A program made the translations under genes and the position numbers. From assembly GCF_009914755.1 (NCBI RefSeq), contig NC_060932.1: a stretch of DNA of 64,000 nucleotides, one strand, 5' to 3'. Each line of letters opens with the position of its first letter. Positions within the stretch are counted from its first letter, which is position 1. Positions 43,435 to 57,211 of the stretch are shown one piece after another. The notes beneath the pieces are model-generated. The model did no database searches. It had not been told where the DNA came from and was given only the letters and a program-made list of their open reading frames with translations. This DNA comes from the human T2T-CHM13v2.0 reference genome, Homo sapiens.

Positions 43435-43930
43435 TACTGTAAAGACACTTGGACATGTATGTTCACCGCAACACTATTCACAATAGCAAAGACATCAGAT
43501 CAACTTAGATGCCCCAAAATGGTGAACTGGATAAGGAAAAGGTGGTACATATACACTATGGAATACTATGCAGCCATGAAAAAAGAACAAAATCATGTCT
43601 TTTGCAACAATGTGGATACAGCTGGAGGCCATTATTCTAAGTGAATTAACACAGGAGCAGAAAACCAAATGCTGCATGTTCTCACTTATAAGTGGGAGCT
43701 AAACACTGAGTACACATGGACACAAATAAGGGAACAACAGACATTGGGACTACTTGAGGGTGGAGGGTAGGCAAAAAAAACTACCTATGTGTGCTATGTT
43801 CACTACCTGGATGACAGAATAATTTATACACCAAACCCCAGCAATATGCAATTTACCCATGTAACAAATGTGCACATGCACCCTCTGAACTTAAAATAAA
43901 AGTTAGAAGGAAAAAAATTAAATAAATAAA
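43435..43930 (+). mobile_element. L1PA/L1PB-type 3' end fragment
   Basis: CACTATTCACAATAGCAAAGAC...ATGGAATACTATGCAGCCAT...GTTCTCACTTATAAGTGGGAGCT...CCATGTAACAAA...AAAATAAAAGTT. Confidence 0.92.
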
Positions 43931-43980
43931 TACCTGGAATAAAATTTCAATTCCTTGTAATGAAAAAAAAATTTTTTTTA

Positions 43981-44323
<343 letters not shown>

Positions 44324-44981
44324 TTAAAAGATTTAAAGCAAACATATTTATACAAAAATACAACAGATGAAAGAAATAAAAACAATAAAAAATGGAAGAC
44401 AGATCCATGAGCAAAAATATCTGCTATAATAATAAACGTAAATAAGTTAAGCTCTCGCATTAAAAAGGAATTGAATAAAATATTCATGTTAGATCGAAAA
44501 TATGTATGCTATTTAAAAGAACACTCAGATGTTCCATAACTCCATGAATTTATGAAAAATCACTGAAGTGCACACTGAAAATGAATGAATTTTATGGTAT
44601 GTAAACTACACCTCAATAAACTGTTTTTAAAAAACACCCAAATAAAAAATTATATGTAAAAAGATGTATAAGGGATTATGAGAAAAACATAAACCAAAAT
44701 TAAGCAGAGGTCACAAAACTAATAGTAGGCGATATAAAGTTAAAAGTAAAAAAATGCATTAACTGTGTAAAAAAGCTAATTTTATAATAATAAAAAGAGC
44801 TAACATTTATATTAATAATACATAGTAATCATAAATATAAATAAATTACATCAAAATATATAAATTTTAAAGTATTAGAATTCCAAAGAAAAATTGGCAG
44901 AAAAATAATTATAGCTAGAGATTTTAACGTATCCTCCTTGCTGTTTGGCAAATAAAATAGACTAAAAAATAAACAAGGTAG

Positions 44982-45282
44982 GGCCAGGTACAATGGATCA
45001 TGCCTGTGATCCCAACACTTTGGGAAGCCAAAGCCTGAGACTGGCAGATCACTTGAGCTGAGGAGTTCGAGACCAGTTTGGGCAACATGGCAAAACCCCA
45101 TCTCTACCAAAAAGTAAAACAATTGGCCAGGCATGGTCCCACGCCTGTCATCTACTGGGAAGGCTGCAGTGGGAGGATGGCTTGAGCCCAGGAGGTGAAG
45201 GTTGCAGTGAGCCAAGATCATGCCACTGTACTCTAAGCCTGGGCAACAGAGTGAGACCCTGTCTCAAAAAAAAAAAAAAAAA
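44982..45282 (+). mobile_element. AluJ inserted into one copy of a local duplication
   Basis: Full dimer with poly(A); degenerate TSD AAAAAATAAACAAGGT / AAAAAATGAAGAAGGT. Confidence 0.93.
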
Positions 45283-46258
45283 TGAAGAAGGTTGAAGAAG
45301 ATGTGAAAAACATTAATGAAATTTTTTCCAGCATCCCAAAAGGCAAAAATTGTTCAAATCACTTTTTCTAACCAAACTGAATAATTTAAGGTAATCTCTT
45401 AAATTTTAACAAATTAACAAATCAGTCACTTAAAAATCAGAACTGCAAATTGAGTACTTACAAAAAATGATTATCAGAAAAAAAATTACTGAAACTCATG
45501 AAAAATCATGGCCAAAACTGCACACAGAGGAAAATGCATAGCCCAAAGTGCTTTGTTTTAAAAAAATAAGAAAAGAAAAACTAAAAAATAAACTAAGAAT
45601 TAAATCAAAGAAACTTAAAAGTGAAATAAACCCACAGAAAGCAGAATAATGGAATTAACAAAGATTAAAGTAGACCATAATTAAGCAGAATTGACAATAA
45701 AATTAAATAATTTAAATATAAACTGGAAAAACTTCTGCCAAGGATAAGAGGAAAGATGGTAAGAGAATGAGAGAAAAAGAGAACACAAAGGCAAGTACCT
45801 CATTAGTAATGAAAAACATTCAGAATTTACAGTTAAAGTGGAGATTTTTTTAAATTGTGAAGAATACTACGTATAATCATGTGCTAATAAGTATAAAAAT
45901 GTTGACTAAATCCACTATTTTTAGGGAAATACTAAATTTCAGAATAAAACTTTTTCAAGATCTTGCAACAATTTTCATAAAACTAAAAGAGTTTTATTAA
46001 GCAGCCTATGAGCAAAAAAACAAAAAGCACAGGAGGTCATGGAGATGGGTCACCATGCAATCCTGGAGACAGCACAGCTGGAGCAGAACTTGCAGGTGGT
46101 GTGGTGTGGTGTGACCCACTCCCTACCGCCCACTCTGTGCTAAAATCCACTCTATTTCATGCTATGGTTTCATTCCACTGAGGTTGGTAAGCCCCAAAGA
46201 CACATTCTCTCAGATTATCACCATTGTTCATGCAATAGTTAAGAAAAAGAAAAAATTA

Positions 46259-46558
46259 GGCCAGGCATTGTGGCTCACACTTGTAATCCTAGCACTTTGG
46301 GAGGCCAAGGCAGGCAGACGGTTTGAGCTCGGGAATTTGAGACAAGCCTGGGCAACATAGCGAGACCCCATCTCTATAAACAATACAAAAATTAACCAAG
46401 CATGATGGTGTGCACCTGTAGTCCCAGATATTCAGGAGGCTGAGGTGGGAGGATCACTTGAGCCCAGGAGGTTGAGACTGCAGTGAGCCAAGATTGTACC
46501 ACTGCACTCTGGCTCTGGGCAACAGAACCAGATCCTATCTCAAAAAAAAAAAAAAAAA
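46259..46558 (+). mobile_element. AluJ
   Basis: Full dimer with a GGGAGGATCACTTGAGCCCAGGAGG right arm and poly(A). Confidence 0.94.
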
Positions 46559-46830
46559 GTAATCAAACAGACCCATTCTAACCATCTCCATCTGACATGG
46601 AGTATAACAGAAAGAACATTCAAATTGGGAGCTGGAAGCTAGAGTTCTAGACCTGTTCTATCATTAACTATAGTTTCAGTGCTATCTTGAGAAGGCAGTT
46701 TCTCTCTCTGGCCCTTAGTGGATATACAAGGCTCAGTTAGACTATGGGGCAATCCCATAGAACCAGTTTTCAAACAAATCTGAGAAAAAGAACAGCAATG
46801 TTGGTTCAAATAGCAGTTTCCTCTGCATGA

Positions 46831-47072
46831 AACTGGGTAAAAAAGCTAATTTTATAATAATAAAAAGAGCTAACATTAATAATAATACACAGTAATCATA
46901 AATAAAAATATACATCAAAATATATACATCTTAAAAGTATTAGAATTCCAAGGATAAATTGGCAGAAAAAAAATTATAACTAGAGACTTTTAACTTATCC
47001 CTCTTGCTCTTTGGCAAACAAAATAGACTAAAAAATAAAGTTGGAGAAGATGTGAATAACATTAATGAAATT
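46831..47072 (+). repeat. ~240-bp diverged direct copy of 44761-44973 plus 45290-45322
   Basis: The copies share GTAAAAAAGCTAATTTTATAATAATAAAAAGAGCTAACATT, AGTATTAGAATTCCAA, AAAATAGACTAAAAAATAAA and AGAAGATGTGAA.AACATTAATGAAATT. Confidence 0.93.
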
Positions 47073-48459
47073 GTTTTTTAGGTCTTCTTAGGCCTTCTTC
47101 CCCATCCCTCCTAGCTGCCATCACCATCCCTGGGTCGTGGCACACTTACTCTACAAAATAAGGGCAAGACATAATTCTACAAGCAAGCTCACAGTGTCAT
47201 GAAGGAGAGATGACTTACAATGTCAGGCAGTGGGAGGGAAAACAAGAGAAGTCACCAGATGGGTGGTTCAAGCAATAGGTGTGAAGGAAACAGACAAGGA
47301 TATCAGTGTCAGGAGAAGAGAGAAACTGGTGGCACAAAAGAAGCAAACTCAATCTTTCTCGCACTATTTCAAGCCATAGAAGAAGAAGGAATGTCCAACT
47401 CTGAAAGGGACACCAGCCGTAGGAAGAAAGATGAAGCAAGTGCATTTTCGGTGGTTTTGTTAGGGCAAAACTGCTGTAATTTGAATAATCTCCACATGGT
47501 GATTCAGATGGATCCTTCCATGTAAACTCCAGTGGTGACGTTCTGCTTTCTTCCCATTTATTTGTAGTACTTTCTGGGTTGTGTTTCAGAGTGTCATTTA
47601 ATGTCATTTTATGACTCCCTGGTTGTAAGTGTCTGAGTATTACCAGGGCTTAGAGATTTACAGCCTATTTTAAACTCAGATAATGATGTTTAATTTGTTA
47701 TTGGCTGTGTAAAGGTTAACAAAGAAATAACTCAAATTATCATCTCAGGGATAACACATTACAAGAGGGCAATTAAGCACACTACCTGGCATTACACAAA
47801 AGATTGATATCTCGTTACAAGAGCACAGATGAGTTCAGATTTCACAATACAGGAAATACACTCGTCACCACCGTCTCTCTTTGAATAAACAAATTTCGGG
47901 TCCCACTTGCCAGCGCCACTGAGTAACTAGTATAGGGAAAGAAAAAACTTTTCAAGAAAAGGAAAAGATTGACATGTGGCCAATTTCTTGTAGAAGAGCT
48001 GGAGAAGAAAGAGAGAAACTCAGGATCCTAGAGAAAATCAGGTTGATGTTACTGAAGTGAAAGATTAGGTTCCCTCTTAGTTATAAACAAGCTTAGAGAA
48101 AAACAGACATGTACCCAATAGGCCCTTGAGAAGAGAAAGCAAAATAAATAAAACCATCAGAGCCAAACTGTTATTAAATTGTCTCTGAAATGGAAAATGA
48201 AAAACAATCTATTGCCACCATCATTTTTGTCTATTTTCTTCTCCTCAAGACACACATTCATGATGATTTGGTTCGCATTCTGTGGATTTGGGGGCCAATG
48301 AAGATATAAATAAATATTATTTTTAAAAACTCATCAGATGAAGATGTATTTGAATTTTCCAGCCCTCTCTTTCTGGAGTTATTTGCTAATGTAGCATGTC
48401 TCATGAAAACTCTCATCTGACGAATGCCCTGTTTACCTCCCTCAAAGAGAACTTGCAAT

Positions 48460-48830
48460 TTTTTTTCCTATACTCATTTTCCATTCCTTTTCTTTTCTTC
48501 CCTCCGCAATCTTGGTCTCTCTACATCTGGGTTTTTAATTTCCTTCTGCATTTCCCTACATGTCTTCTGCTTTCTTTCATGTTTTTACTCTGGATCTTGT
48601 CTTTCCTCTTTTTTTTTTTTTGTCTTTGCCTCCCATCTTCCCAAACCGTCCCCCATATCCACACACGCCCTCTCCTGTGAAAGTTCCTCCCTTCCATTTT
48701 CTCTTTCTATCGTCGTGTTCAGTCTGTCCACTCAGCTCTTCTCTGTTTAGTCTTTCTACCATCACATTTCTGCAGTTCTCTATTTCCTCATCGTTTTCTT
48801 TGCTGCCTGCCTCCCACTAAATTTCTCTAG
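48460..48830 (+). repeat. Pyrimidine-rich low-complexity tract
   Basis: About 370 bp dominated by C and T on the + strand. Confidence 0.75.
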
Positions 48831-50521
48831 TACCAGCCGTGTGGCTCAAAACCCATCTCCACTTGGACCAAGACATCAAAAGTCTCTGAAATGTATCTAG
48901 CCCCAGTCCATGGGACCTCAGAACTCAAGGCAGTAGCACTAGCAACTCAAAAACAAGGGACCTGACTACCCTGGCAGAAAACTCCTGAGCAGCCAGAAAC
49001 TCATAACAGCGGGCCATGAAAATTGTAGACATCACAATTTTATTGTCCCAGGATATTTCTGGAGTCCTAGAACTTCCTAAGTTACAGTCGAATGAGAATC
49101 TGGCATTTGAGTCCTTACTCCCAAATCCTCCTCACACAGGGGAATTGGGAGAGACCCAGCCTTCTGTTTGGCTTTATGTTGTCCAGGTACAAAGGGTGAT
49201 GTATATATTTGTCACTGGGCACCACAGTTTGGCTTGCTCCATTACAAAGCAGTGCAAATGCTAGCTACACCATCATCATCAATATCGCTAAGTGGCCTTT
49301 ATGAAGCTCAAACATATTTTGGGTCCAGTGGTAAGTCTTGGGGAAGATGGAGAAGACATGGTCCCTGTTGTCTCTGCACTTACAGCCTGGAAACTAGCAG
49401 CAACCATGATCACCAGTACTGAGGCCATATTGTATGAGAAAAATAAGACAAATTCAATAACTGGCCCCTGTTGACACATAAATAAACTCACTATTCATTT
49501 GTTCCTTTAATCAACTGGCTATATCTTGGTTCTGTAACCCCTAATAAATGGAATTGTTAGTATTTCATAAGGATGTGTGCATCCTCGCAAGTCCTGAATG
49601 TCACACGAGGGAGCCAAGCCCAGATGACACTGTCATATGGAAACACCTGGGATCAAGGGATAACGCATTAGTTAAGCAAACTAATCTTGAGCCTTTGGAA
49701 CTGAAATATCAACAAAAGGATAAAATAAATTTGCAAATTGTTCTTCCCTGTGGACATTAGCCAGGCGTTTGTTCTTTAGCCAACAACAATCAACAGGCAC
49801 AACATAACCGTAAAAATGCCAGCCGAAGAGCTAACCCAATAAATAAAGGAAAATCGTTGTATTATGGATAGACTGCCAATGGTCATGCTGCAGGAAGTGA
49901 GCAAGGAATTGAAATTAGAGAGTGGAGGTTGGCGCAAAAATCAAACCTACCTCAACGAGGGGCCATAAATGTTAACATAAGCTTGAGATACAATGCAGTC
50001 TTTAGCAAATGACTCCTAGCATGGGAAGCAATCTTATGGTCTTTGGGGTACCTAAAAAGATGTGCTAAAATGTAACCCAATGAGCACCAAGTGCATGCTA
50101 AGTGGCAGGCACTGTGCTTGGCAATGGCTCACTGGGCCCTCAAAGAGCACCATTCTGACAAGACATTCATCCAGCACTGGAAGGGGAAGGGAAGGGACAT
50201 ACAGTCTGTGTCTTATAAGACCAGCTCCTGCCTTCAAAAAAAAGTTAAGAGAGGAGGAAGTGAAAAAGTGAAGAAAGGAGGAAGGATGAGACAGAGGAAG
50301 AAAGAGAGGTTGATGGAAAGAGATTTAACTAAATGGATACTTGGAAGAGATCTATGAAGACATCTATCAACATCTAGCTGAACAGATATCTACATATTTG
50401 CCAAATATTATTTGCAGTTAGTCTTAGCAGATGTGCTTTCTTTTCTCTTACAGTATCTATAATTCTAAATAATCTCTCCATTAAACATGGCATACATATA
50501 AAGGAAAATAAGTTTATTTGC

Positions 50522-50818
50522 TTTTTTTTTTGTTTTTGAGATGGAGTTCTGCTCTTGTCCCCAGGCTGGAGTGCAATTGTGCGATCTTGGCTCACTGCAA
50601 CCTCCACCTCCGAGTTCAAGCGATTCTCCTGCCTCAGCCTCCTGAGTAGCTGGGATTACAGGGACGCGCCACCATGCCCAGCTAATTTTGGTATTTTTAG
50701 TAGAGACAGGGTTTCACCATTTTGGCCAGGCTGGTCTCGAACTCCTGACCTCAAGTGATCTGCCCGCCTCGGCCTCCCAAAGTGCTAGGATTACAGGTGT
50801 GAGCCACCACACCCAGCC
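50522..50818 (-). mobile_element. AluS
   Basis: Full antisense Alu with CTCCTGACCTCAAGTGATC. Confidence 0.95.
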
Positions 50819-51793
50819 CTGCATTTTTAAAAGAACTGCTCTACCTAAGTTTCCTCCCCCATGCCCACTCCTACACAGCCTCTGGATCCTAATGATGCTG
50901 CTCACATAGGAACTCCAGAATGGGGATGACAGATAAAAAGGAACTGAAATGCATTAAACTCACTAGGATTGTGATGAAAACTAAGAGAGCTTCCTTTTCT
51001 GAGGCACAATAGCCAGAAAGGCCTCAGTATCACCCGACTTTAGCACAGACAAAGGGAACCGGGAGTTCAGGCAAAGGAACATAAGGATCCCAGGCCACTT
51101 GCTTGCCTGAAAGTGGAATCAAAGGTGCCAGCCCAGGGCCAGGATCCCACTTCTGGGGCTGAGCTTGTGGTCATCTTGCCTAAGGCAACATGAAGTCTGC
51201 TGGTGGGGTGAGGGATGACTGTGAGGACCATGCAGAGGGGAGGGCTAGATGGGAGACGAATTTTATTTTGTTGCTCCGTTCTTGGATAAGGGTGTAAGGG
51301 AAAAAATTATTGATGAACTACTTTGTCATCGTTAAGAGTATTGCTGACACATTCCCAGCAGGCTCACTGCGAGGCAGCCAGCGCCGAGCCTACCCAACGC
51401 CTTTTGTAGCCCAGACATGTGCTGTGCATTAGACAAGGTGTGTAAATTATGACAGCGCCAGTTCTTCGGCAAGGGCCCGGGGCTGAGCACTTCTCTGCCT
51501 CCTTTTCCCTTTGTGTTCTATCTCCCTACGGCCCTTCCTCAAAGCAAGTAGAGTTCCTCAGAGAGAACATTAACAGGCAGAGGCTCGGGCTTGGAGTAAA
51601 TACTGCAGGATGGAAATGCGGAGGGAATTAGACTTCTTTTCCTTGCAGGCTTTGGAGTGCTGGGTGAGAAATAAATAATGAGGGTAGTAATGGCCCGATT
51701 CTTCCCGGCTGCGTCTCTCCCCCTGGGTGTGAAGCCTCTTCTAAAGTCAGAATGTGGCTGCTTGTGGTTGCAGATTTGATGTTAAAGCCAACG

Positions 51794-51796
<3 letters not shown>

Positions 51797-51825
<29 letters not shown>

Positions 51826-51892
51826 GGGCAGGCGGGCAGGCGGGCAGGCGGGCGGGCAGGCGGGCAGGCGGGCAGGCAGGCAGGCAGGCAGG
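51797..51892. repeat. Compound tetranucleotide repeat (CAGG/CGGG)24
   Basis: (CAGG)7, then a central block containing 7 CGGG units, then (CAGG)5. Confidence 0.97.
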
Positions 51893-53311
51893 TGGCCCTG
51901 GACAGCTCCCAGACAGCTCTCATCTGGGGAAGGTCTCATCCCTGTTCTCAGCCTCATTTTGCAGACAAGGATCCCAAGGAACACAGGAAGTTCCTGACTG
52001 GTCATGTGGAAACCAGAATGGGTCACTTGTCCTCCAAGAGGCTATCCAGAGTTGCTCCTCCGCTTCCACTCTGGGAGTCTCTGGGAGCTTTGGGTAACAT
52101 TGGACTGGGAGGGTACCATGGATAACTAATTATGTATTGGGAACTGAGCCTCTGGAAAAACTTGCAAAAAGTGCCCAAAACTTCTAGGCCCTTTTAGAAA
52201 GGAGCTGAATGCCCCCTGAGAGCTGCTGCTTCTTCCCCATCCCTATTCCATCATTGCTACTAGATTATTTTCTGTGAGCCAGAGTTTTCAAAATGTTTCT
52301 TACAGCTTCAACTTTTCTTGTTACTCCCAACCCTCTCCCCAAAAGAAGGAGATGAAAGTTGTTTACGATGACTTTTATGTAGGTAAGGCAGCAGGTAAGT
52401 AGTCTCCTGTATTGGAACTTCTGGAATCAGATCCGGCTTCAGGACAATGGAGCTTGTACCATGGTTCCTATGGGAGCACTGGTGGGGTGGGGGCTCCTCT
52501 CCCTGACTTGAGACAAGCTCAGATTGAAATCTGATGCCCTAAGAGGCAACCTCCACCTGGAAGGTGTTCAGGTAAACTGACTGAGGAGCTGCAAGGTCAT
52601 TATGCTTAGAACATTGGGCCATCAATCCTCCACCCTGGCCATGATCCCTGGGGAAGAGGTGACAGCCAGGATTATTGAGAACTGAGAAGGGGCAATCGTT
52701 ACTGACCCACCCCACCAAATTCACACATCCTCTGAGCCGGACCATTATATCCTTCTCCTGAAAAATCACCTCTCTGGCGAAGCACCAGGAGGACAATTAG
52801 GGATTAACCAAAGTGCTCGCTCCTGCCAGCAAGAGTTTGCGCTCCTGGGGGACCAGGGGTAGTTTGTAGCAAAGCTCTTTGTCTCTGGAACTCTCTCATC
52901 TTTGTTTTCTGTCTCATTAGGAGAGGCGTTGTCCTTCCACTCTGTGGAGGACTTTCACTTCTAGGTGTCGTTTAATTATTGAATTGGTATTTTCCCCATG
53001 TCCAAAGACCTTAGGACAAGACTGACATGTTAAAAAAAGAAAAAAAAAAAAGGATTAAAACTACTCAAAATAAAATCTACATGTGGAGTTTGTTGTCACC
53101 ATTGGTTCCAATATTATAAATCTTTTAAACAATGGCTTTTCTTGGACCATAATTTCAAGCCCAGTGAATGATCTGTCTCTAAACTGGCTAAATTTTGGTA
53201 AAATAGTTGCAAGAAAGATGAGCAGAGTAGAATGTATCATGATTTACATTGATGCCCAACTTCCAAATTGTACTCAAAGTGTAATTTACTTTGACTATTA
53301 AGATAGGACTA

Positions 53312-53647
<336 letters not shown>

Positions 53648-54128
53648 TCATAATGCTGTCTATAAAAACAATTCCGTGACCAAAATTAATCATATCATTT
53701 AAAAAAAATAACAGTCCACTAAAAGGCACCTAAACCCTTCAACTTCCAAATGGTGACTTCGTAACCAGGGCTGAGAGATGGGTGCCATAGCTCAAACTGA
53801 GCCCCACCTCATTCCATAAAATAGAGTCTATTCCTAAAGAATAGAACAGAATTATCTTTAATTTCTTCATTTATCTAGAACAGTGGGATCCATATACAAC
53901 AGTCGCATAGTGGCTAGTCTTCTTTTGAGGTAGACAAGAAATAGAAAGAAGATCATTGAGGTACAAAGGGAAGAACCACTTGCCCAGAAACACAAGTACA
54001 ATGGCAAAAAAATCAAATTAAAGTGCAGAATTTTCTCTTGTCTATTGTGCTTCCTACCGGTCATGGGAAAACCTATGGAACACTGCTAAGAAGTTAGTTA
54101 GATATAAAAGAAGAGCTGGGAGATGGAG

Positions 54129-54918
54129 ATATATATATATAGAATATATCTATATGTGATATATATACATTTTATTATATATAATATATATATAATATAA
54201 ATATATAATATATTACATATAATTATATATTATATATTATATATAATATATAATTATATGTAATATATTATATATATTATATATTATATATATATTATAT
54301 ATATAATATATTTTATATATTAAATTATATATAATATATATTATATATATAATTTATATATATAAAATATATTATATATTATATAAATATATATATTTTA
54401 TATATATAAAATATATATTTTATAATATATAATATAGAAATATATATTATATAATATATAATTATATATAATTATATATTATATAATATATATTTCTATA
54501 TTATATATTTATAATGTATAATATATAAATATATTATAAATATATATTATATACTATATAATGCATTATAAATATATTATATTTATATATTATAAATATA
54601 TTACATATTTATATATTATATATATAATATATATATTATATATTATAAATATATTTTATAAAATATAATATATATATTATTATTATATTTTATAAAATAT
54701 AATAATAATATATATATTATATTTTATAAAATATAATATATATTATAATATATTATATATATTATATTATAAAATATATTATATATTATAAAATATAATA
54801 TTATTTATAAAATATATATTATAAAATATAATATATATTTTATAATATATATTATATATTATAAAATATAATATATATTATAAAATATATTATATATTAT
54901 ATATATTTTATATATATA

Positions 54919-54964
<46 letters not shown>
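54129..54964. repeat. ~800-bp degenerate (TA)n-type tract followed by (AG)n
   Basis: Almost exclusively A/T from ~54129 to 54932, then an AG dinucleotide run to ~54964. Confidence 0.97.
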
Positions 54965-55307
<343 letters not shown>

Positions 55308-55487
55308 TTAATTTGTGGTTTTAAAATGGTCAGGGCCTCCATGCAGCATGTCTCCATTGGAACTCTGCTCCCTCCCCAGCGCAAGAAAAAAATGCCCTTT
55401 CTGCAGAACAAACATCCATTTTCACAAGGAGCCAAACATCCTTGGACAGAGACAAATGCAGAGTGGGAATAAAAAGTTAAAACATAC

Positions 55488-55541
55488 TCTAAGGCAGGTC
55501 CTCAGAAAGCTGATCCAGGTGATCTTCCTTTGAAACACTGC
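55488..55541 (-). other. Candidate 54-nt internal exon
   Basis: Minus strand: ctttctgtttttattttctatccctaatgtaattatag|GCAGTG...CTTAGA|gtatgt. Confidence 0.35.
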
Positions 55542-55699
55542 CTATAATTACATTAGGGATAGAAAATAAAAACAGAAAGTAACAAACAGATCCAGGGACA
55601 TCATCACACCACCCTCACCATTGACTCTTTCATTTTCTCTGCTTCCTGCATGCACATATGTAGGCACATTTTACAGAGTAGTATCTACAACAGAGATCA

Positions 55700-55935
55700 A
55701 CATGTGTTCTATTTTTTCACCAAACATTTATTTTTCCACATTGCTAGACAACCTCTATAATTCTTTTCAATGACTGTGCAATAGTGCATCAAATCTCTGT
55801 GCCATCATTTGCTTAGTCATTCTTCTCTTACGAAATAGATTGCTCAGGTCTTTGCTATTATAGATAATAAGCAATGGAATGAACATCTTCATGGATGTAG
55901 GGTTGTAATTTTCTGTGGCATTATTCCTTATGACT
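55700..55935 (-). mobile_element. Old L1 (L1ME-like) fragment
   Basis: TCTTTGCTATTATAGATAATAAGCAATGGAATGAACATCTTCATG is an antisense L1 3' motif. Confidence 0.6.
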
Positions 55936-57180
55936 CTATATTTAAATAAACAACCTTCTATATTCTTCCTGATGAGAAAACTATGTCGTCCAATTAATTA
56001 CATTTCCATGACACTGTCTCCTTGCCAGTGCCCAGCAGGGATTTTTTCAAAGCAAAAATCAGAAGCCCACTAGCTAGGCTGATGTTGGCTATAGTGAGAC
56101 AGGGCACACGGCCAAGTCCCCATCCCTCCTTTTTAAGAGACTGGAAATAGGATTTTAACTTCTGTGTTATTCCTCTTCAGAACCACTGCAATTTCTTTTC
56201 CCTTTAAAGGCTGTGGGACTGAGTAATTTGAACACAGCAGGACCCACTTGATTCATACTTTTTGGTCAATAATCCAATATAGCTACTATCAAAAACACTC
56301 CTCTGACCATATTTACATTTTCACCTTTTTGTCAGATGACAGCATAGTCTACCTCAACAGAAGGGATAAATAAGTTATTCGGTTACTGAAGGAGCAGGCC
56401 CTTCTAGACAGCCACAGAAGCAAAGGAATTGATGGAGGTAATGCACATAATCCTTAAGAAATATTCTCACTGAGAGATGAAGTATGACTTAAAGAGAACT
56501 GTTGCTTCTCCTGGCTCTTTGGAGCCATGTTGCTTCAGTGAAGTTTTCTTCTGCGATCTGATCATTTCCATCCCTGATGTTTTAAATTATTGGATCAACA
56601 GGGAGAGAGCCTGGCCTCTTGGTGAGTGGACAGGACGCCAGGCTGTGTGTCCTGCCTTGGGCACTGACTCACTCCACAGCCTTGAGGGGGCCCCTGAACA
56701 CCCCCTGTGGCCTCTGACATTCTCCATTCATGAAACGTGAATCACTTTGGTATCGGGTCCCACTGGGAAACTAGAGATGCAATTTGTTTCATCATGTTCT
56801 CCTGCCAATATTGTCATTTACTGCTTGTTCTCCTCTATTTCATTTGAGTTTTTTTTTAATCATCTAATCCAGGGTCCATATGTAAAACAAACAAACAGCT
56901 AGATAAAGAAATGGATGGAAACTAAAACAGTCTCATTTAGAAAACAAAAGCACGAGTCAAGGTTGCTGGGGAAGGGTTTCACTGAGAATATGGAGAAGTC
57001 TAAAAGACAATAACACTCATCACCCCTGCATGAAGCTCCTAGGCTCACGCCAAGCCTTCAAACCACAGAGCTGGAGCCAGGCTGCAATAGTGGGATCACC
57101 CTGGATTCCCGGATCAGACACAGATTTTCACCCCTAAAGAACCATCACTTTCCCGTACACTTGCAACTTTTGCACATGTG

Positions 57181-57211
57181 CACACACACACACACATACA
57201 CACACACACAC
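57181..57211. repeat. Interrupted (CA)n microsatellite
   Basis: CA run with a single TA interruption. Confidence 0.9.

Noticed and set aside
51628-52125. ORFs with PACLPARL / QAGR repeats
   Set aside because: They are translations of the CAGG/CGGG microsatellite.
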